Shown here piece by piece: positions 56,937 through 64,000 of a stretch of DNA of 64,000 nucleotides. This DNA is from an uncultured Gammaproteobacteria bacterium (GTDB lineage Bacteria > Patescibacteriota > Microgenomatia > UBA8517). The notes below the pieces were generated by a model. It saw nothing but the letters and a program-made list of their open reading frames with translations, was not told the origin of the DNA and made no database searches. The number at the start of each line of letters is the position of its first letter. Positions within the stretch are counted from its first letter, which is position 1. The translations under genes and the position numbers were made by a program. Location of the stretch: the NCBI GenBank assembly GCA_964635715.1, contig CAZWNZ010000001.1, forward strand, positions 408,616 through 472,615, read 5' to 3'.

Positions 56937-57695
56937 CACTCCGAAACGGTTTCGGTGGAAATGAATTTTGGAAAAATAAATGTGATAATATTAAATTAAT
57001 ATATTAATGTCTGCAAGGAAACAAATATTTGAAACTGGTGATTTTTACCATATTTACAATAGGGCTGCTGCCGGTATTCCTATTTTCAATGACCCAACAG
57101 ATTGCCAAGTCTTTTTAGATTGTGCTAAATATTATCGTTTCAAAAATGTACCGGCAAAATTTTCTGTTTTTCGTCAAGATACAAAAAAATACAAGATTCT
57201 TGACGCACAAAGAATGGTTTCAGTTTTGGCCTATACTATAATGCCAAACCATTTTCATTTTGAGCTAAGACAGGATGGTGATGAAGGGATACAGCAATAT
57301 ATTAAAAAAGTTTGTAATAGTTTTGCTCATTATTACTCCTTGAAATATAAAGAGAAAGGACATGTTTTTCAGGGGAACTTTAAAGCGGCATATATTGAAA
57401 ATGATGATCAATTGCTGCATATATCAAGGTATATTCACTTAAATTCTACAACCTCTTATTTAGTGGAAGATCCCAAAAAATACGCTTTTTCATCATTTAA
57501 CAATTATTTGAATGTTTTAAAAGACGATTTTATAGACGCTGATATTATTCTTAGTCTAGTTGGGTCGAGAGATAGGTATGAGCAGTTTGTGTTGAACCAA
57601 AAGAAATATCAGAGAAAACTCAAAAGGATGAGGGATTTGCTTTTTGATTAACATTTACCGTATCAGCCTCACTCCGAAACCGTTTCGGAGTAGTG
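56937..57695 (+). mobile_element. IS200/IS605-like (HUH Y1 transposase) insertion sequence with hairpin ends
   Basis: The left end is CACTCCGAAACgGTTTCGGtGG at 56937-56958. The right end is CACTCCGAAACcGTTTCGGAGTaGTG at 57670-57695. Both are palindromic hairpins. A single tnpA lies between them. Confidence 0.65.
57007..57651 (+). CDS. tnpA: IS200/IS605-family Y1 (HUH) transposase TnpA-like
   Basis: YHIYNRAAAG is present. The HUH motif is in PNHFHFEL. The catalytic Tyr region is ISRYIHLNS. Confidence 0.7.
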   Translation: MSARKQIFETGDFYHIYNRAAAGIPIFNDPTDCQVFLDCAKYYRFKNVPAKFSVFRQDTKKYKILDAQRMVSVLAYTIMPNHFHFELRQDGDEGIQQYIKKVCNSFAHYYSLKYKEKGHVFQGNFKAAYIENDDQLLHISRYIHLNSTTSYLVEDPKKYAFSSFNNYLNVLKDDFIDADIILSLVGSRDRYEQFVLNQKKYQRKLKRMRDLLFD

Positions 57696-57755
57696 ACAAG
57701 GATAAATAGTAAGGGAAGACTTCCTTCTTGTCCAATTTTTTGTTAAAATAGCTTC

Positions 57756-58493
57756 ATGAGTGGACATTCTCACTTTGCCACAATTAAACGACAGAAGGCT
57801 GTTAATGATGCAGCCAAAGGAAATCTTTTTAGCAAACTTGCCCGTTCTATTATGATTGCAGCCAAGAGTGGTCCTGATCCCGATATGAATTTCAAACTCC
57901 GTTTTGAAATTGATAAGGCCAGAGCCGTCTCTATGCCCAAAGAAAATATCGAGCGTGCAATTGCAAAAGCAACAACAGAAGCCGCAAACCTTGAAGAAAT
58001 TACCTATGAAGGTTTTGGTCCGGGAGGAGTCGGAGTTATGATAGAGGTTGCAAGCGACAACAAAAACAGGACTGCACAGGAAATCGGAAATTTATTCACT
58101 AGGGCAGGGGGGAGCATGGGTGGACCCAATTCTGTTGCCTTTAACTTTGACCATAAGGGTTTTATGACTGTTGTCAAAAATGCGGATCCAGATACTCAAA
58201 TGCTTTCGATAATTGATTCCGGGGCAGAGGATATAGAAGATATAGGAGGCGAATTTGAAGTTTATACCGCTCCTGATAAGCTTGCTCAGGTTCAGAAGGC
58301 CCTTCTTGCTTTAGGTTTTGAAGTCAAAAATATGGAACTAATTATGAAGCCTAAAAACTTTATAGAAATAAATGATGCTGGAGTTGCCGCAAAAATAATG
58401 AAGTTTATTGATGAAGTTGAATCTCACGATGATGTTCAAAATGTATTTACTAATGCAGATATTCCAGATGCTATTATGAATAGTGAATTATGA
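57756..58493 (+). CDS. yebC: YebC/PmpR-family transcriptional regulator
   Basis: MSGHSHFATIKRQKAVNDAAKG is present. The start ATG is immediately after the TTGTTAAAATAGCTTC module. Confidence 0.9.
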   Translation: MSGHSHFATIKRQKAVNDAAKGNLFSKLARSIMIAAKSGPDPDMNFKLRFEIDKARAVSMPKENIERAIAKATTEAANLEEITYEGFGPGGVGVMIEVASDNKNRTAQEIGNLFTRAGGSMGGPNSVAFNFDHKGFMTVVKNADPDTQMLSIIDSGAEDIEDIGGEFEVYTAPDKLAQVQKALLALGFEVKNMELIMKPKNFIEINDAGVAAKIMKFIDEVESHDDVQNVFTNADIPDAIMNSEL

Positions 58494-58562
58494 ATTATGT
58501 ATTAAGCGCACAAATAACTTTCTGTATTATTCTTAATTCATAATACTTAATACTACTAATCT

Positions 58563-59339
58563 ATGTCTAAACGCACACGTTTTGTAATAACTTCATTCAT
58601 TCTTTCCCTTGGTTTTATAGGAATACAATTTTTAAATGACCAGAATAGATTTTGGGCTATTGGGATTTTAGGTCTTTTAACTTCAGCTCTTTTTTTCTGG
58701 TCACTTTTTGAAAATCTGGGTAAGAATATGACACTTTTAACCTTAGTGCTTCCTGTTATGTTTACTTTGGGTGTAGGTTTTTTCTGGTTCCTGCTGCCTA
58801 CTAACATTTTTGCCCGCATACCTATTGTTATTTTTTACGGACTTGGAATTTATATTCTTTGTTTGACTGCGAATATTTATTCTGTTGCATCAGTCAAAGC
58901 AATAGCACTTTTACGGGCGGCTAGGGGAGTAGGTTTTGTTCTCACTTTACTTGCTTCTTTCCTAATTTTCGACGCTATTTTATCGATTCGTACGGAGGTA
59001 TATTTTCTTGTTCCCGCGGTGTTTATCTTATCTTTTCCTCTATATTTTCAGGGTCTATGGTCTATGGTTTTGGAAAAGAAATATTCAAATGATTTACTGG
59101 TTCTTTCTCTTGTCTCATCTCTGGCAACAGCCGAACTTTCGGCGATTTTGTATTTTTGGCCGGTAACAATTGTTGTCGGATCGCTTTTTTTGACGGCATC
59201 ATTTTATATGCTCTTGGGTCTTGGGCAGGCAAAGCTTGAGGGCAGGCTATTTTCTTCAACCATCAGAGAACACCTCCTGGTGGGTATTTTGATCTTTATC
59301 GCAATGACAATTGCGACCCGCTGGGGTAATAATAATTAA
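58563..59339 (+). CDS. Hypothetical polytopic membrane protein
   Basis: 258 aa with 7-8 TM helices. Confidence 0.55.
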   Translation: MSKRTRFVITSFILSLGFIGIQFLNDQNRFWAIGILGLLTSALFFWSLFENLGKNMTLLTLVLPVMFTLGVGFFWFLLPTNIFARIPIVIFYGLGIYILCLTANIYSVASVKAIALLRAARGVGFVLTLLASFLIFDAILSIRTEVYFLVPAVFILSFPLYFQGLWSMVLEKKYSNDLLVLSLVSSLATAELSAILYFWPVTIVVGSLFLTASFYMLLGLGQAKLEGRLFSSTIREHLLVGILIFIAMTIATRWGNNN

Positions 59340-60148
59340 CAACATATAATTATTATTTTTGGAAGACATACGTGAGCAGGGGAGGAGTGGAGTGCATAAC
59401 CCATAATTATCATATATGTTAAATTATAGGATAATGTTTTCACGAAATAATATAGGGTGTTTTCACGAAATGCGACACTGAAGCTTATCGAAGAAATACC
59501 GAACCCTTAGACTACACTTAGAATTGAGCGTAAATGGTATACTTTGATATAGTTCCCAGCCTCAAAATAGTACACTCTCTGTGTAAGACAAGACTCTTTA
59601 CTTATGTGGATAAGATTTTCCATAGCAATACGATATCTACCTATTGGAGAAGTGTTTCTATATAGGCATTCTTCGTAATTAAAATGCACTTATTCCTCTT
59701 AGAAGTGCTGCTAGGTAAATAGCCGAACATATACACCTTCAGGGAGCAATATTGTATATAGTCGCACAATAATACTTTTGCGACGTTGTTTAAAGCCGTG
59801 GAGGGTAGCGTAGTAAATTAGTTAATAACTAATAATTTAAAATTAATAGTTATTTTATGGTTTAGTTATATATTTAAATTCTCTATTTTTGGTTTTCCTT
59901 AAAATTCTTCTCTCCGAAACTTATCCGAATGAATTTTGCCTTTTTGCGACCCCTCCCCTGTTTTTTTGTAAGAAGTTTTAATAAAACATAAATTTTGGCT
60001 AATCTTATTGATTTTCCCAGGAATACGGGATAAATAGACGATACATTATTCATCTTTTTGCCCATGTATGCCTTAAAATCGATTTAGTGAGGTTTCAGCC
60101 TCAAATTAGGCATGGAAAACGCTCAAAAAGTGTGCTAAAAAGGCATTT

Positions 60149-60895
60149 ATGAAGGAATTTGCTCCTTATAGATTAGACAGTCTTTTTTCCGGCGACCGGA
60201 TTTTGTTTAATGAAGTTTTTGGAAATCCTCTGTCTGTTGTTTGTTATGACGGAGACGGAATCTTGTTAAATTCACCAAAAGTTGTTTTAGAAAATTTTAC
60301 TTGTAAAACCGGTATTAACACACATCAAAAAGATATTGATGATTGGAACTATCTAGCCATTTTGGCAAAGAAAAATGGATACTCGACGGAGAGTGCCAAT
60401 AATTTACAAAGCGGTTGGTATGATCCGGAACTTTTGAAGAAAGCGGGAAGATATTTATATATGAGGCCTGTGGTACAGGAGACGGTCAAAAGGTTTGGCC
60501 GTGAGCGCAACTTTGTTTTAACGGCAAGAATGCCTGAATTGATGGATTCAACACGCTATTCTTTAAGAAAAAATTATTCGGATATACCGGTTGAGAATTT
60601 GCTAATAAGAGATGAAACCAATGTGGGCGTAGAATCTTCAATCTTCAAATCTCAAAAACTGAGAGAAAAAGCAGAATTATCCCCATGGGTAATTTTAATT
60701 GACGATACGAGTGAAAATATTCAAGCTGCAATTGAAGCTAAAATTGACAATCTTCTTTTGATTTATGTTCCTTTGGGTAGAATTAGCGTCGATTTCAAAC
60801 ATCCTCAAGTTGTTACTATAAAAAGATTCCCAGAAGAAAGTCAGTCAATGTACCCGTTGATGGATGCAATAGGAAAAGTATCTTTGAATGATTAG
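60149..60895 (+). CDS. HAD-like hydrolase, possible 5'(3')-deoxyribonucleotidase-like
   Basis: A DxDG-like motif is present in VVCYDGDGILLNS. A later ILIDDTSEN matches HAD motif IV. The match is weak. Confidence 0.35.
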   Translation: MKEFAPYRLDSLFSGDRILFNEVFGNPLSVVCYDGDGILLNSPKVVLENFTCKTGINTHQKDIDDWNYLAILAKKNGYSTESANNLQSGWYDPELLKKAGRYLYMRPVVQETVKRFGRERNFVLTARMPELMDSTRYSLRKNYSDIPVENLLIRDETNVGVESSIFKSQKLREKAELSPWVILIDDTSENIQAAIEAKIDNLLLIYVPLGRISVDFKHPQVVTIKRFPEESQSMYPLMDAIGKVSLND

Positions 60896-60948
60896 TTACA
60901 GTGTCGCACATTATTGACACCCTATTTTTATTGGTCTAATATAGATTA

Positions 60949-61926
60949 ATGACTGAAACTGCTCAAAATCAGTCCGAGATAGCGAGAAAAATAGACGATT
61001 TTTTGGAATATCTCCAAGTTGAAAAGGGCTCCTCTCCCCTAACGATACGTGACTATAAACATTACCTGACAAGATTTGTTAATTGGATGGGTGCCGAAGG
61101 AATTCGGGAGGAATTGAAAGATATTAATCCCAATGTGATCAGGAGCTTCAGGATGTATTTGACAACCTTACCCGGTGAGAAAAATACCTTCAGTGGGAAT
61201 AAGCCTCAGATGAGCAGACGTACTCAGGCTTACCATGTAATAGCTCTTAGAAGCTTTCTAAAATGGCTTACACGAAATGATTATGTTGTTATGGCTCCCG
61301 ATAAAATTGATTTGCCAAAAGTCGAAGAAAGACAGGTAAAATTTTTAAATGGCGAACAAGTGGACAGACTTCTAAATGCTCCAACTCTATCTACAATCCA
61401 GGGAAAAAGAGATAAGGCGATTTTGGAAGTTTTGTTTTCAACAGGGCTTCGTGTTAGCGAACTTGTGAAGCTTGATCGTGATAAAGTGGATTTGGACAGA
61501 CGCGAATTTGGAATCATTGGAAAAGGAGGAAAAGCACGTGTTGTTTTTCTTTCTCAAAGAGCCACTGATTGGCTTATTAAATACTTAAATGAAAGAGACG
61601 ACCACTATAAACCTTTATTTATTCACCATAAAGGAATTTCTGCACCAGGTACTCCGGATGAAAAAATGAGGCTTACAGTACGTTCAGTCCAGCGGATGGT
61701 TAAGAAGTACTCCCATAAGATGAAACTACCGGTAGAAGTCACTCCTCACATAATGCGTCATAGTTTTGCCACAGATCTTTTAATGGCAGGAGCAGACATG
61801 AGAAGTGTCCAAGAAATGCTTGGACATAAAAATATTTCTACGACACAGATTTATACCCATGTGACCAATAAACAATTAAGGGATATCCATGAAGCCTTTC
61901 ATGGAAAGGGCGGAACTACAAATTGA
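60949..61926 (+). CDS. xerC: Tyrosine recombinase XerC/XerD
   Basis: An N-terminal SAM-like domain is present. The catalytic box is HIMRHSFATDLLMAGADMRSVQEMLGHKNISTTQIYTHV, with the R..HxxR..Y arrangement. Confidence 0.85.
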   Translation: MTETAQNQSEIARKIDDFLEYLQVEKGSSPLTIRDYKHYLTRFVNWMGAEGIREELKDINPNVIRSFRMYLTTLPGEKNTFSGNKPQMSRRTQAYHVIALRSFLKWLTRNDYVVMAPDKIDLPKVEERQVKFLNGEQVDRLLNAPTLSTIQGKRDKAILEVLFSTGLRVSELVKLDRDKVDLDRREFGIIGKGGKARVVFLSQRATDWLIKYLNERDDHYKPLFIHHKGISAPGTPDEKMRLTVRSVQRMVKKYSHKMKLPVEVTPHIMRHSFATDLLMAGADMRSVQEMLGHKNISTTQIYTHVTNKQLRDIHEAFHGKGGTTN

Positions 61927-61934
61927 TTGTCTAT

Positions 61935-62993
61935 CTAATTATCTATTTTCTCCCAGGGAAATCCGGGGCGGCCAAAATGGCCATAAGTAGCGCTTGCATG
62001 ATAAATTGGTTTTTGTAAATCTAACTTTTCAATAATTGCACGAGGTCTAAAATCAAAATTTTTCGATACATATTTACTCAAATCGTACCCTTTCTCGTCA
62101 AGCGCTGTAATCATCAAAGGTTCAGCTTTCCCGATAGCATAGGCTACCGATACCAGACATTGTCTGGCAAGACCCTTAGCAACAACGTTTTTGGCAACAA
62201 ATCTGCACATGTACGCCCCGCTTCTATCTACTTTTGTCGGATCCTTTCCGGAAAAACATCCCCCGCCGTGGGGAATTAAACCTCCGTATGTATCAACCAT
62301 AATTTTGCGTCCTGTAAGGCCGGTATCTCCCATAAACCCGCCAATTTCAAAGTTGCCCGTTGGATTAACAAGAATATTGATTCCCTTAGTCTCCCCCACT
62401 ACTTTTTTAATTAATTTGTTGGTTATTTCACGGCGGACTGTCTCAATTGGGATTCCTTTTTTGTGTTGGGTGGAAACAAGAACCGTTATAATTTTTCCAT
62501 TCTTCATGGTAATTTGGGCTTTGCCGTCAGGAAGTAACCAGGGAATTTTTTTGCTACGTCTAAGATCTTCCAGTCCTTTTGTCAGTTTGTGAACCATCGC
62601 CACTGCCCTGGGCAGATATTCAGGGGTTTCGTCTGTGGCGAATCCGTACATGATACCCTGATCCCCGGCTCCTCCAGTATCTACTCCCAGAGCAATATCG
62701 GCAGACTGTTTAATAATATTTGTGATTATTCTCAGTTTGTCCTTGTAACCGATATCTTTATAAACTTTTTGGGCAATTTTCGAAGCATCAAATTCTGCCT
62801 TGGTTGTAACTTCCCCACCGATTACAAAAATGCCGTGAGATCCGAAAGATTCGATGGCAACACGGCTTTTTGGGTCCTGACGCAGACATTCATCAAGCAT
62901 CGCGTCAGAAACTTGATCACAGATTTTATCGGGATGGCCCTCAGTTACGGATTCTACTGTATAAGTTTTGAAGTTATTGGTTATTATTCCCAT
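61935..62993 (-). CDS. metK: S-adenosylmethionine synthetase
   Basis: ESVTEGHPDKICDQVSDAMLD is present. GGGAFSGKDPTKVDRS-like GGGCFSGKDPTKVDRSGAY is present. Confidence 0.9.
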   Translation of the reverse strand: MGIITNNFKTYTVESVTEGHPDKICDQVSDAMLDECLRQDPKSRVAIESFGSHGIFVIGGEVTTKAEFDASKIAQKVYKDIGYKDKLRIITNIIKQSADIALGVDTGGAGDQGIMYGFATDETPEYLPRAVAMVHKLTKGLEDLRRSKKIPWLLPDGKAQITMKNGKIITVLVSTQHKKGIPIETVRREITNKLIKKVVGETKGINILVNPTGNFEIGGFMGDTGLTGRKIMVDTYGGLIPHGGGCFSGKDPTKVDRSGAYMCRFVAKNVVAKGLARQCLVSVAYAIGKAEPLMITALDEKGYDLSKYVSKNFDFRPRAIIEKLDLQKPIYHASATYGHFGRPGFPWEKIDN

Positions 62994-63118
62994 ATCGTTA
63001 ATGCAGCTTTGGCACCCATCCTCGATTTACTGGCTATAGCCCTGAGTGAGCTTTAGCGAATCGAAGGGTTGTCGGCGGATCATAGGGCTTGCCCCCTCCC
63101 CGCACTCTTGATACTAAA
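62994..63118 (-). ncRNA. SAM-I (S-box) riboswitch upstream of metK
   Basis: The minus strand reads ...AUCAAGAGUGCGGGGAGGGGGCAAGCCCUAUGAUCCGCCGACAACCC...AUGGGUGCCAAAGCUGCA.... This matches the S-box blocks AUCAAGAG-GGC-GAGGGA, GCCC-AUGA-CC-GCAACC and GGUGCCAA-CC-GCA. Confidence 0.55.
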
Positions 63119-63175
63119 TATATTTTATATTCTTCTATAAATCAGTCAATGGCTACCTGATATAATAGTTTTGTC

Positions 63176-63688
63176 ATGCTTACACTAATTTTACCCGGAT
63201 ATTCATCCACTAATAGAAAATGGCTTGAAGAAACAGCGGCATCCATAAGAACAGATGGTGAGGTGAGGCCTGTTTACTGGGGACACTGGAATGATACAAA
63301 TATTAAATTTGACCCCAAAATAAAAGCAAGCCTTCTTGATGGGGTCGCAGGAAAAAGGGTTGTTGATATTATTGCAAAATCATTGGGAACACTGGCTGCT
63401 TCCTATTTGATTCAAAAATCCCCTGAGAAAATCAGAAAAGTTATTTTTTGCGGATTACCTCTGAATGATATAAGTGAAGAGGAAAAACAAGTTGTTAAGA
63501 CTGCATTAAGAAAATTGCCGTCGCAAAATGTTATTTTCTTTCACAATGATGAAGATCCTCACGGAGGCGTAAATGCTTTGAAGGTTTTTCTTTCCGAATT
63601 TGAAGGTGATTTTACTGTTGCCATCAAACCACGAACAGACCACGAATATTTCTATCAGGACGATTTCAATAAGTTTTTCCTTGGCTGA
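63176..63688 (+). CDS. Alpha/beta-hydrolase-fold protein (YdeN-like serine hydrolase)
   Basis: A nucleophile-elbow-like AKSLG is present. The overall ~170-aa architecture fits. Confidence 0.4.
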   Translation: MLTLILPGYSSTNRKWLEETAASIRTDGEVRPVYWGHWNDTNIKFDPKIKASLLDGVAGKRVVDIIAKSLGTLAASYLIQKSPEKIRKVIFCGLPLNDISEEEKQVVKTALRKLPSQNVIFFHNDEDPHGGVNALKVFLSEFEGDFTVAIKPRTDHEYFYQDDFNKFFLG

Positions 63689-63776
63689 AATTGCATTTCC
63701 CAGATGCAATTATCAGGACGATTTCAATAAATTTCTCCTTGGCTAATTAATATACACCTCGCGGGTGCATGGGGAA

Positions 63777-64000
63777 CTAGCGGATTTCGTAGGATAATGT
63801 AACTACGACTTCTATTTCTGTTTGCCCGGGTTCTATGTCAGGAAGAGCAACTTCTTTTGCGGATAAATCAGCTGCTTGATTTGCATATACCGATCTGGTG
63901 ATACCTCCGCCTGTTTGGTTTTCCGAGATATTGATTATTTTACCGAGTGTTATGCCGGCAGCTTTTGCAAGGCCATCTGCTTTTGTTTTGGCTTCCTCTG
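63777..64000 (-). CDS. SIMPL/DUF541-domain protein, C-terminal part (partial; continues beyond the window)
   Basis: Minus-strand translation gives ...GITLGKIINISENQTGGGITRSVYANQAADLSAKEVALPDIEPGQTEIEVVVTLSYEIR*. Confidence 0.5.
   Translation of the reverse strand, partial: EEAKTKADGLAKAAGITLGKIINISENQTGGGITRSVYANQAADLSAKEVALPDIEPGQTEIEVVVTLSYEIR

Noticed and set aside
59507-60065. Two 60-aa minus-strand ORFs in the 800-bp gene-free region
   Set aside because: They have no start context or SD, and there is no family resemblance beyond a vague IHISKE similarity to TnpA. At most they are pseudogene debris.
1-64000. CRISPR array
   Set aside because: No series of regularly spaced 25-40 bp direct repeats was seen. 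The tandem repeats present are 7-16 bp, AT-rich, and occur at most three times.

Overview
The window is AT-rich and compact, and is mostly bacterial core-genome. Several proteins are minimal versions: an RF1 without domain 1, a HisRS without the anticodon-binding domain, and a ProRS without the INS editing domain. There is a four-helix-bundle IVS-type gene, large Cys-rich secreted proteins, and probable leaderless genes behind a TGnTAAAAT extended -10. Together these suggest a Candidate Phyla Radiation (Patescibacteria)-like genome, which is an inference. TGA is a stop codon (rpsB ends in TGA).

Core content, in order:
- Partial topA 3' end.
- A dTMP-synthesis cluster: dCMP deaminase, a P-loop (d)NMP kinase, MazG, a long ThyX-like protein, tmk, glyA and folD.
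- rpsB-tsf-frr with no pyrH.
- An RseP-like protease, proS, HIT, YqeY, ybeY, then dnaX-ybaB-recR.
- cysS, a four-helix-bundle cassette, a HAD hydrolase, a Thr/Ala-rich surface protein, and an OmpR/histidine-kinase pair.
- After the island: ychF, rpsF-ssb-rpsR, an S41 protease, truncated prfA, rpmE, an EamA transporter, truncated hisS behind a structured leader, an MBL hydrolase, dnaB, tRNA-Leu(CAA), a DksA/TraR protein, an RluA-family synthase, CaCA and CPA2 transporters, an LCP-like protein, a TPR protein, LysM and PA14-like secreted proteins, an IS200/IS605-like element, yebC, xerC/D, metK with a SAM-I riboswitch, and a partial SIMPL-domain gene.

The main accessory feature is a ~12.3 kb integrated element (about 22953-35285). 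It ends in a large serine recombinase plus an unannotated excisionase-like HTH ORF. From the sequence it appears inserted into codons 6-7 of ychF. The ancestral leaderless ychF promoter and first codons (MGLSVG) are stranded at attL. The element supplies a synonymous surrogate ychF 5' end at attR. A 56-bp attP with inverted ends AAAAGTTGGGA/TCCCAACTTTT and a central GG can be reconstructed.

The element's cargo is almost entirely unknown. It includes a minus-strand operon of four paralogous N-terminal double-CxxC zinc-ribbon proteins, an M48 metalloprotease and small membrane proteins. It also includes a P-loop/wHTH replication-like module. These are the best candidates for an undescribed system.
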